Below are positions 22,010-29,990 of a stretch of DNA of 64,000 nt, in pieces (within the stretch, counting starts at the first letter, position 1; the number at the start of each line of letters is the position of its first letter). This DNA is from an uncultured Coxiella sp. (GTDB taxonomy: Bacteria; Pseudomonadota; Gammaproteobacteria; Coxiellales; Coxiellaceae): positions 34,610-98,609 of the forward strand of contig CACNSC010000003.1 of assembly GCA_902623005.1 (NCBI GenBank), read 5' to 3'. A program made the position numbers and the translations under genes. The notes beneath the pieces were generated by a model. That model saw nothing but the letters and a program-made list of their open reading frames with translations. It was not told the DNA's origin and searched no databases.

Positions 22010-22735
22010 TTGCCATCAAAAAGAGTTTATCAAGATACACCATTAGTATTGCATCAGACGATTTTATTAAATTCATTCGCTTCGCATTATTTGCAACGGG
22101 TCATGCGAATTCAGCTTGGTGATTGCGTTACGGTGTTTAATGGTCAAGGCGGCGAATATTTGGCCTCAGTGATTGCAATTAAAAAAAATAATGTTGAAGT
22201 TGAGTTAACTGAGTTTGTTGCTTGTCAAGTTGAATCATCTTTGCAATTGGAGCTTGGGCAAGCATTGTTACGTGGCGATAAAATGGATTGGGTGATTCAA
22301 AAAGCGGTTGAGTTAGGCGTCACTACCATCACACCAATACTATCAGAACGTATCAATATAAAACTCAATCACGATCGTCTTAAAAAAAGAATGCAACATT
22401 GGCAGGGTGTCATTATTAGTGCTTGCGAGCAGTCTGGTCGTTGCGTGCTACCTAAAATTAATTCACCAGTAAGTTTAGATGATTGGTTGCAGGCATCAAA
22501 AGTTCCTTGTTTTATAGCAGATCCCGCTGCAACCGAGCCGTTATTAGAACAATCAAAGCTTGATGCTGCTCGTATTGCAATAGGCCCTGAGGGTGGTTTT
22601 ACTAAAGAAGAAGTCTTGTATGGTAGAAGCTTGGGCTGTTATTCTTTTTCAATGGGTCCTCGTATCTTAAGAACTGAAACAGCTGCAATTGTTGCTTTAA
22701 GTCTTATGCAATCAAATTGGGGTGATGTGAGTTAA
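22010..22735 (+). CDS. rsmE: 16S rRNA m3U1498 methyltransferase RsmE
   Basis: The 241-aa protein has a TTG start. KMDWVIQKAVELGV and IGPEGGFTKEE are typical RsmE motifs. Confidence 0.88.
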   Translation: MPSKRVYQDTPLVLHQTILLNSFASHYLQRVMRIQLGDCVTVFNGQGGEYLASVIAIKKNNVEVELTEFVACQVESSLQLELGQALLRGDKMDWVIQKAVELGVTTITPILSERINIKLNHDRLKKRMQHWQGVIISACEQSGRCVLPKINSPVSLDDWLQASKVPCFIADPAATEPLLEQSKLDAARIAIGPEGGFTKEEVLYGRSLGCYSFSMGPRILRTETAAIVALSLMQSNWGDVS

Positions 22736-22753
22736 TTAAACCGAGCTATTAAA

Positions 22754-22782
22754 TTGAATCGGTGCATCATGCGTGTTAGAGT
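22754..22782 (+). promoter_or_regulatory. Candidate sigma70 promoter for the downstream sRNA
   Basis: TTGAAT (22754-59), a 17-nt spacer, then TAGAGT (22777-82). The predicted TSS is near 22789. Confidence 0.45.
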
Positions 22783-22788
22783 AATTTT

Positions 22789-22896
22789 ACTTTAAGGTCA
22801 TAAGCGTTTTCTCATGGAGAGAGAGGGTTCTAAGGATGGAGCTTCTGGAAAGGAACTCCAGAGTCAGGGGGGTGATGAAAATCACCCCTTTTTTTT
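22789..22896 (+). ncRNA. Candidate CsrA-sequestering sRNA (RsmY/RsmZ/CsrB-like)
   Basis: It is a ~108-nt promoter-to-terminator unit with five GGA motifs, at 22816, 22834, 22838, 22847 and 22852. Hairpin 22807-22825 has loop AUGGA. Hairpin 22838-22859 has loop UGGAAAG. It ends in an intrinsic terminator. Confidence 0.5.
22867..22896 (+). terminator. Rho-independent terminator
   Basis: GGGGGGTGAT-GAAA-ATCACCCC followed by T8. Confidence 0.8.
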
Positions 22897-23303
22897 GACG
22901 ATATTAAATGAGTTTTTTATTAGTCTATCTGTCAAGTTAGAAAAATTCATAATTGATACTGTATCGTTTTATCTAGTAAAAATTTTAAATTATGTTTTTG
23001 AAACTTTTATTAGAGTTTTAAATTTTAATACTCAGTTTTTTTAAAAGAGTATTCCTCTGTTTCAACTTTACCAACTGCGCTGTTAGAGAAAATGAGTAAG
23101 AAGGTTGTTTTAAAAACAAGATACAAGCAACGATAATAATTAACATTTAATCAAACAATGGCAATAAAACCGCTTAAATCCGCATAAAACTTAAATTATT
23201 ATTAATTGCTTATCTTGTGCTCAAATGGAGCAGACTTGCTTTTTTTTGAACAAGGCGAGTGCTACATTGTTTCTAGATGTTCATCATTCACCGGAGGAAA
23301 GCG

Positions 23304-24188
23304 ATGGGAGATCCAAAATTAGATGATTTTTTATTGTTCTCTAAAGTTGTCGAGTTAAAAAACTTTTCTAAAACGGCTGCGCAGTTGGGTATGGTCAAAT
23401 CTATGATCAGCAAGCGTATCAGCCGACTAGAAAAACAGTTAGGGGTTCGTCTTCTTCATCGCAGCACGCGTAGTATGTCGTTGACCGAATACGGTGCAAC
23501 ATTGTATGAGTACACGCAAAGAATTGAAGAAGAGGTTAATGATGCTGTTGAGGCCATGACGTTAGGTAAGCATCAGCCCAAGGGTCGATTGAAAGTCGTC
23601 GTGCCACAAAGTTTTGGTGATCATTATTTATCGCAACTGGTTGCGCAATTCGTTGAACAGTTTCCTGATCTTCATATTGAAATCGAGCTCAGTGCAAGTA
23701 TCCCCAATCTTACGGACTCTGGTTTTGATCTTGCGATCCATGTGGGAGAGCCACCGGCTAGCAATGATATGTCTAAGCTGATTGGTTGGCACCATTATGT
23801 GGTCTGCGCGTCTACGGAATATTTTGAACGTAAAGGTACCCCTGCGTCTCTGGTTGAGTTGCAACAACATAATTGTTTAGTGCAGCGTAACTTACCCAAC
23901 GCCAATGAGTGGAACTTCTATTATCAAAAGAAAAAATACCCAGTGAGTATTACAGGCAACTTTGTTTCCAATAGCGCTCAATCATTGAAGCATGCTGCAA
24001 TTGGTGGTTTGGGAATTGCCATGCTTCCTGATTATTTGGTTAAAACTGAAGTTGCTGATGGTACGTTGCAGGCAATCTTTTCCGAATATTGTCCAAGTAA
24101 TATTGGCTTATATGCAGTATTTCCATACACCAAGCATATTTCACCAAAATTAAGGGTTTTTCTCGACTTTCTTTCAAAAAATCTCTGA
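23304..24188 (+). CDS. LysR-family transcriptional regulator
   Basis: It has an N-terminal HTH (FSKTAAQLGMVKSMISKRISRLEKQLGVRLLHRSTR) and a C-terminal substrate-binding fold. The ATG at 23304 is preceded by GGAGGA. Confidence 0.9.
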   Translation: MGDPKLDDFLLFSKVVELKNFSKTAAQLGMVKSMISKRISRLEKQLGVRLLHRSTRSMSLTEYGATLYEYTQRIEEEVNDAVEAMTLGKHQPKGRLKVVVPQSFGDHYLSQLVAQFVEQFPDLHIEIELSASIPNLTDSGFDLAIHVGEPPASNDMSKLIGWHHYVVCASTEYFERKGTPASLVELQQHNCLVQRNLPNANEWNFYYQKKKYPVSITGNFVSNSAQSLKHAAIGGLGIAMLPDYLVKTEVADGTLQAIFSEYCPSNIGLYAVFPYTKHISPKLRVFLDFLSKNL

Positions 24189-24318
24189 AAGTTATTTATA
24201 ATCAGATAATTATACGGTATCCCTTTCGTATCCAGACTATGTTATAATATGTCACTCAATATGAAAGGTAGTAGCTTTATTGCCGCTACTGGTTTTAACT
24301 GTTTTAGAGGAAATGACT

Positions 24319-25029
24319 ATGTCACAACTTTCATCGTCCCGTGCGCAGTTTGGCGTAAAAAATGTTGCGTTATCTCAGTTCATGAGCAAGGTGTACACTT
24401 GGATGACTTTAGGTATCTTGCTGTCTGGGGTGGTCGCTAGCATCATCACAACTAATGCTAGTTTACAGGCAGCTATTTTGACTAATCCAGTAGTCTTTAA
24501 CACACTTTTGATCGCACAATTGGGTTGTGTGTTAACGTTTGTTTTTATTCAGCAGCGTTGCAGTGTTAAGACATCGATTCTGTTATATCTAGCGTACTCA
24601 GCCCTAACTGGAGTAACGTTTGCAGCGGTCTTTCTTATATACACCAAGCAGTCGATTGCAACTGCATTTCTTGCAACCTCTGGAAGTTTCCTTAGCTTGA
24701 GTTTGTACGGCTACACCACTCAGCGTGATCTCGGCCCGATCGGAACATTTTGTTTCATGGGGCTCGTTGGTATGATTATTGTATCGGTATTGGGTTTCTT
24801 TTTTCCATCTATGCTAGGTGGCATGGGGCAAATGTTATTAGGCGCAGTAGGTGTATTAGTCTTTGCTGGTTTGACTGCCTATGATACACAGCGTATCAAA
24901 ATGTCTTTCTCCCCGGCTGCACCCGTGGATGTACAAGGCAAGATGGTCATTAGTGGCGCGTTAAGTCTTTACTTGAATTTCATCAACTTATTCTTGAGTT
25001 TCTTGCGTTTGTTTGGCAATCGCAGCTAA
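24319..25029 (+). CDS. Bax inhibitor-1/YccA-family membrane protein
   Basis: It has seven hydrophobic segments, plus FMSKVYTWMTLGIL and the C-terminal AYDTQRIK...LYLNFINLFLSFLRLFG signature. I chose the ATG at 24319 because it lies 8 nt after GAGG. Confidence 0.85.
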   Translation: MSQLSSSRAQFGVKNVALSQFMSKVYTWMTLGILLSGVVASIITTNASLQAAILTNPVVFNTLLIAQLGCVLTFVFIQQRCSVKTSILLYLAYSALTGVTFAAVFLIYTKQSIATAFLATSGSFLSLSLYGYTTQRDLGPIGTFCFMGLVGMIIVSVLGFFFPSMLGGMGQMLLGAVGVLVFAGLTAYDTQRIKMSFSPAAPVDVQGKMVISGALSLYLNFINLFLSFLRLFGNRS

Positions 25030-25044
25030 TACCTGTTGAATCTT

Positions 25045-25071
25045 AAAAGGCGCCAAGCGGCGCCTTTTTTA
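25045..25071 (+). terminator. Rho-independent terminator
   Basis: AAAAGGCGCC-AAGC-GGCGCCTTTTTT immediately after the BI-1 gene. Confidence 0.8.
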
Positions 25072-25087
25072 TTGGCATTGTGACATT

Positions 25088-25837
25088 ATGCAATATTCTC
25101 AGTTGATCGATGCAATCAAAACGATAGAGCATCATGGTCCAGCTTCTGCTTGTACGATTCGCTTTGCTAGCGAGCAAGATCAATCTGCTTTAGAAAGTTT
25201 TTATGCACGTGAGCAATCAGCAATTATGCAGCGAAAAAGTTCTGCTGATACCTGTCTTGGTATGCTTGGTGATGCTTTATTTAAAACTCGCTATTACGCG
25301 CTGCAGCAGATTAAACAAGCGGAACTAATTTTGCGCTCTATAAGAGATAATCCTGACAAATTATCGTATTTAACAACGGTTTCACCGTTACAGACGATTA
25401 GTGATGATCAATGTTGTCAGCGAACGGTTTTATACCATGATGAACATCGAATTATTGCTGTTATGAATTTAACACTGACTGGGGAGGAAATAGTCTTAGA
25501 GGCGATCTACGTGGCTGTTGATGATCACCATCAGTCTCACGGTAGTCGATGTATCGATTATTTAAAGAGTTTAGCAAATCAGACTCAATATAATATTGTA
25601 TTAGAAACTTCAATTTACTCGATGCATTGGTATCAAAGATTGGGCTTTTTAGTCGATGTTGATGGCCAGTTGCTGACAGCTCAAGACAGTGGCTATGACA
25701 CAGACTATGACTCGATGACGGTTAATCACAGTGAGTTATTACCAGTGGGGTTTTTTAACTGGCAGGCGTCAATGACTCCAGTCAGTGACTCGGTCAAAAT
25801 GTGGTATCAGTCAGTATTTGAACAAAAAACCCTTTAA
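25088..25837 (+). CDS. Divergent GNAT-like acetyltransferase with an N-terminal extension
   Basis: The C-terminal half has EAIYVAVDDHHQSHGSRCIDYLKSLA...IVLETS...WYQRLGF, which resembles GNAT motif A/B. I do not recognise the N-terminal ~110 aa. Confidence 0.4.
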   Translation: MQYSQLIDAIKTIEHHGPASACTIRFASEQDQSALESFYAREQSAIMQRKSSADTCLGMLGDALFKTRYYALQQIKQAELILRSIRDNPDKLSYLTTVSPLQTISDDQCCQRTVLYHDEHRIIAVMNLTLTGEEIVLEAIYVAVDDHHQSHGSRCIDYLKSLANQTQYNIVLETSIYSMHWYQRLGFLVDVDGQLLTAQDSGYDTDYDSMTVNHSELLPVGFFNWQASMTPVSDSVKMWYQSVFEQKTL

Positions 25838-26106
25838 AGACAGGTCTAAATTGAATTTTTTTGATCAGTCAAGGCGGTAAAAAGTTGCATATGGGTAAAT
25901 TTTTTTCTTAACAGCCGGTTAGTTTTATACCGTGTGCTTCACACTGGAGTTTTCCAGACTGGAAGTATCACGATATCTTATTGTTTTATAGCTATTTTTT
26001 TTTATGCTATTGGTTTTCTCTATAAGACTGATTGGTGTTTCAAATTAGATAATACACGCAATAAGGATTACGATTCGCTTGAATTAATCAAAAGTGAGTG
26101 AAATAA

Positions 26107-26790
26107 ATGAAACGTTTAGAAGAATCATTATTAGGAAACAGGCAAACAAGTTCAGAACGTCAATCAAACCTCGTTGCCAATGTTGTAAAACCGGCTGCAG
26201 ATTTTTGGGCTCAGTATGGGTTTTTACCCATTTTCCTAACTGCTACGCTGCTTGGTGTTTCAAATGCTGCTGAGGCAGAAGAGCGTTCTGAAGCGATCAT
26301 CCCAATTGCGTGGGCGTTAACACTCTTCCCGCAAGTCCTAAAAGCCATCGAACAAAAGTACAATACTAGTAGTGATTATAAGGGTAATGACATGTTGACT
26401 CAATTTTTCGCGTCGCTTACGGTAGGTGGCATGCTAATCCCATCATTCGGTGGTTTGATTGATGAAGGGTTTTCAATCGAAGCTGTTAGTACCTTAATTG
26501 CTGCTTTTTGTTTTTTTCCACACATCATAAAGCCTTTGGTTGAAGAAAATTATCCATCTCACCGATCATTTATTGGCAAAGCCGAGTCATTAGGACTAAT
26601 CGGCGCTGGTACTGCCGTTCTTTTTCCTGCAGCCGTCGAGATTTCGCAGAATCCAATCAATTGGATGTCCGGTTTGAACCTATCTCTCGGTTCGTTTGTC
26701 GGACTGTGGGGCATATCCAAAGGGAGTTCTGCGATTTTGGCTTCAACCGATGAAAACAAAAATGCAACTCAAGTTAGAAATTCTATTTAA
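26107..26790 (+). CDS. Hypothetical polytopic membrane protein (227 aa)
   Basis: It has several hydrophobic segments and no recognisable family. A ~270-bp AT-rich spacer precedes it. Confidence 0.5.
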   Translation: MKRLEESLLGNRQTSSERQSNLVANVVKPAADFWAQYGFLPIFLTATLLGVSNAAEAEERSEAIIPIAWALTLFPQVLKAIEQKYNTSSDYKGNDMLTQFFASLTVGGMLIPSFGGLIDEGFSIEAVSTLIAAFCFFPHIIKPLVEENYPSHRSFIGKAESLGLIGAGTAVLFPAAVEISQNPINWMSGLNLSLGSFVGLWGISKGSSAILASTDENKNATQVRNSI

Positions 26791-26850
26791 TTCAACGCAG
26801 GTTGTAATGTGTAAGAGTTAGAGAAGCTATTGCGTATTAAAGGAGAGCGT

Positions 26851-27933
26851 ATGTGTTTGCAAGAGCCTGAACAGCCACCTATGCCTGATCAGCCGCCCAA
26901 GTCGATGGGCCAGTTAGGTTCAAGAATGGCATTCATTGGTGATGGATTAAATGCGAAATCCATCAATAACTGTTTGGGTTTTGGCACAGTTACGATTCGC
27001 GATTGGTACAGTAATCATGCTACTAACGAAAAATACTATGCGATGTTATCGGCAGTTTTTAATGTTGCGGCTGCTGGGATAGCTTGGGCGGCAAAAGAAA
27101 ATAATCGTCACATCAAATTGGCAGCGCAGTGCATGATCGCGTCTGGTATGACGTATTCAATCACTCACGGTGCTTCGGACTATGACGCTGCACTGTGGTT
27201 TGCTGCGACATCAATTGTTTTTGGCTGGATCAATGTATGGTCTTATGATCTTGTAGTTGCATCGCAGCTACCGAATTTAATTGAATCAATGCTGGCTATT
27301 ACGTCTCTTTCTTTTTTAGTCGCTTGTCGTTGTGATCAAAAGATGTGGGGGTTATTTTTAAAAATATTGCAGCCGGCAGAGTGGCTTAACCTTCCAGCAA
27401 TTATTCTTAATGATCCACTGGCTTTTTTGCGCTTTTGGAAAAATCTATTTGGTAAAACAAGAACGGCGGCATTCTCTATGGTTGGTGCAAGTCAAGAGGC
27501 CAGTATTGTTGTTGAGTGGCTTTCATTCCTTGAGCCGGTTACTTTTATCGGGATATTTCTTTCAATTAATCGAAATGCGCCGGACTATACGTTGGGGTGG
27601 CCTGACCTGCAAAGTGTTCAGGGAGCTATCAAACTACTGCCATGTCTTTTGCTCATCTTGGCATCGGCAACGATCATGACGGTTGATCGCGACAATTATT
27701 TCAAGCCGGGACAGTGGCTGCCCATACTGGATCTGGTTGCTTTGTGTGTTGAGTCTATTGGAATGTTGTTTATTCAGCCTCATGAGGTCGAATATAAAGC
27801 GATGTCAAAACAGACCAACACTCCAATGCTATTCCAACCCTTAATTGAGGGTGTTGAGGAAGTTAAAGAGGCTCCTGAGTATGATAATCATGGTACGTGT
27901 TATTCAGCTGTACCAAGACATGATCGGGTGTAG
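26851..27933 (+). CDS. Hypothetical polytopic membrane protein, paralogue of 28801..29892
   Basis: The ATG at 26851 follows AAGGAGAG. It shares motif blocks with the downstream paralogue (INRxxPDYxxxW, ESxGMxFI, CDQxxW, FNxAxxxxxxAAK). The C-terminal tail is acidic. Confidence 0.6.
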   Translation: MCLQEPEQPPMPDQPPKSMGQLGSRMAFIGDGLNAKSINNCLGFGTVTIRDWYSNHATNEKYYAMLSAVFNVAAAGIAWAAKENNRHIKLAAQCMIASGMTYSITHGASDYDAALWFAATSIVFGWINVWSYDLVVASQLPNLIESMLAITSLSFLVACRCDQKMWGLFLKILQPAEWLNLPAIILNDPLAFLRFWKNLFGKTRTAAFSMVGASQEASIVVEWLSFLEPVTFIGIFLSINRNAPDYTLGWPDLQSVQGAIKLLPCLLLILASATIMTVDRDNYFKPGQWLPILDLVALCVESIGMLFIQPHEVEYKAMSKQTNTPMLFQPLIEGVEEVKEAPEYDNHGTCYSAVPRHDRV

Positions 27934-28002
27934 TCAGAAGCGGAATTGATGTTTTTAATCCATGCATGACACGTATTAGGTATGGCAGTTATCATTGCTT
28001 GG

Positions 28003-28740
28003 CTAGGCGATGATAATTGCCAATATCAAAAATGGCATGAGAAATAGTATCGCATAGAAGCCAATTACGACATACAGTAAGCTTACCGCCCCACCGACAA
28101 TAAATCCTAAAAGTAATGTGCCAAATTTCTTGATCTCTAGAATAAGTTGCTCGTGATCTTCTTTGATATGTGTGTGTTTACCCAATAATAAGGCGGTTAA
28201 GCTAATAATAAATTGAGATAAGTTGCCAGTCATGACGGTATAGACTGGAATAGAGCGTAAAAAGGTCTTCATCAGCGTGTTATGAATAGCCATAGCGGTT
28301 ACAGGGATCATAGCAATAAAAAGAAATGATACGCTGGTTACTGTTAAAGATGGATGAAAAGCGATCACCGTTATCATCAGCGCAAGAAATAGTAATGTTT
28401 CTAAGGCCAGCCAATATCGGAAAGCCTGTTTGGAGATACCGAATAATTCAATGATAGTCGTTACGATAAATGCCGCTAAAATGAAAATAGGGATGGCGAC
28501 AATTCTGGGTAAGATGCCAGGAGTATGATAGAGCGCGTATGAAATGGCGATTACCAAATTTCCAGTGATGTGTGCAGTAAAAATCTCATGCAAAGTGATA
28601 AACCCGAAGACATCACTAAAGCCTGCGATAGCGGCCATCACAAAAGCAATGTAGAGCGAGGAGTTGACGGATTTTTCTGTATACCACATCAAATAAGCCG
28701 ATATAAATGAATTGATTATGACCGATAGTATACTGCTCAA
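28003..28740 (-). CDS. YoaK/DUF1275-family membrane protein
   Basis: The 245-aa hydrophobic protein has GFSDVFGFITLHEIFTAHITGNLV, matching the DUF1275 N-terminal signature as I recall it. Confidence 0.55.
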   Translation of the reverse strand: MSSILSVIINSFISAYLMWYTEKSVNSSLYIAFVMAAIAGFSDVFGFITLHEIFTAHITGNLVIAISYALYHTPGILPRIVAIPIFILAAFIVTTIIELFGISKQAFRYWLALETLLFLALMITVIAFHPSLTVTSVSFLFIAMIPVTAMAIHNTLMKTFLRSIPVYTVMTGNLSQFIISLTALLLGKHTHIKEDHEQLILEIKKFGTLLLGFIVGGAVSLLYVVIGFYAILFLMPFLILAIIIA

Positions 28741-28800
28741 TTATGATTTTTACAGAGAAGCGGGTATTATGATCACCATTAATGCTGAAAAAAATTACTT

Positions 28801-29892
28801 ATGCGAAATGAAGAGACGCTGATTCTAAAATCTGACCCGATCAATTATCTGGAAGATCAGGTTCCCTGGATTAAATATTTATACCTTGAACGCAGAGCAC
28901 CTTGGTACTTTGTTTTAAGTTGTGCGTTTAATTCAGCCTCGGTTTTGATGTTAATTGCAGCAAAAACCGAGGATAAGTACCAAGTCCGCTCCGCACAAAG
29001 TTTGATTGCAGTTTTTATGGCCTATTCTATTTTGGATGGTACATCAAAGACCAACCGTCAAGCCCTAAATTTTTGGATGTTATACGGGTGTAGTTTGCTT
29101 AATTTATTTAATCAACTGATTTGTAATCAACTGGGGCTGCCTAAATCGTGGTGGCTGATTGAGCTGACTGTTTCGATTACGCTGGCTTTGGTGCCTTCGT
29201 TTGTTTGTGATCAAGATAAATGGGATCAATTGGTTGGCTGCTTCAATGGTGAGTGCTCTAAAAATTGGTTGGCAATCAAACAAACGCCACCAATTTATTT
29301 GCGTATGGTCAAGAGTGTTTTCTCAACCGTAATTAATGCTATTTTTTCAATGTTACAGTCGGACGATCCTTTTACGGGTCAAATCTTTCAATGGATTTCA
29401 GCGGGATTTTCATTAGTGTTCATTGCCAGCTATCTAATGATTAATCGTGTGTCACCCGACTACTGTGTCTCTTGGCAACCGCTTCAAATTAATTTTCAAC
29501 AAGCACTGAATAAAAAGCCATTAGCACTGCTCTATAAATTAGCACCGTTTTTATTATTAGTTGGACTGAGTTTCGTTTTTTGTTCTCAGCATGATTTGTA
29601 TCAATGGCCGCAAAATGATTTTACTGCATGGAGTTTTTTGTGTTTGGCGATTGAGTCGTTTGGAATGATGTTTATCATCAAGCAAGCTGATTTAGAAAGT
29701 ATGAAGGTTGAGTTATTGGGCGATAATAATTATGCCGAGTTGGCGCAAGGTCCAGAAGATCATTCGATTGATCAGGATTCATCATGCGGAATAATGGTAA
29801 TGCTTAGAAAACATTGCTGTTTTTTTAAAGCGGTAACGAGTAACGATGCTGTAGCAATAGAAAAACTTGATGGTTTTAGCTCTTCTGTTTAG
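28801..29892 (+). CDS. Hypothetical polytopic membrane protein, paralogue of 26851..27933
   Basis: The 363-aa protein is collinear with the 26851 ORF and shares its motif blocks. I saw no RBS. Confidence 0.55.
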   Translation: MRNEETLILKSDPINYLEDQVPWIKYLYLERRAPWYFVLSCAFNSASVLMLIAAKTEDKYQVRSAQSLIAVFMAYSILDGTSKTNRQALNFWMLYGCSLLNLFNQLICNQLGLPKSWWLIELTVSITLALVPSFVCDQDKWDQLVGCFNGECSKNWLAIKQTPPIYLRMVKSVFSTVINAIFSMLQSDDPFTGQIFQWISAGFSLVFIASYLMINRVSPDYCVSWQPLQINFQQALNKKPLALLYKLAPFLLLVGLSFVFCSQHDLYQWPQNDFTAWSFLCLAIESFGMMFIIKQADLESMKVELLGDNNYAELAQGPEDHSIDQDSSCGIMVMLRKHCCFFKAVTSNDAVAIEKLDGFSSSV

Positions 29893-29990
29893 AGCAAACT
29901 CATAGCCACGATTTCATATATGGCTGTAACGTGACAACACCGCATTAGGCATGTCGAGTGCCGCTTTGAAATGAGTTAGTTTTTTTATGA

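Noticed and set aside
22700-22753. LetA/GacA-type upstream activating palindrome for the Rsm-like sRNA
   Set aside because: Apart from the TTAATTAA at the rsmE stop, I found no palindrome. In particular I found none of the TGTAAG-N6-CTTACA type or the AGAAATTTCT type. Regulation by the two-component system therefore cannot be claimed from sequence.
22814-23044. 76-aa ORF (MEREGSKDGASGKELQSQGGDENHPFF...)
   Set aside because: It reads straight through a strong intrinsic terminator and into low-complexity AT-rich spacer. Its 5' part is better explained as the GGA-rich sRNA.
24249-24440. 63-aa ORF upstream of and overlapping the BI-1 gene
   Set aside because: It overlaps the BI-1 5' end in another frame, in a region that also holds an extended -10 promoter (TGTTATAAT at 24240-48) and a leader hairpin. 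There is no independent support.
25944-25964. Second Rsm-like element (CTGGAGTTTTCCAGACTGGAA)
   Set aside because: It has only two GGA motifs. The hairpin loop (GUUU) does not present GGA, and no nearby promoter/terminator pair exists. It is probably just part of the AT-rich leader of the 26107 ORF.
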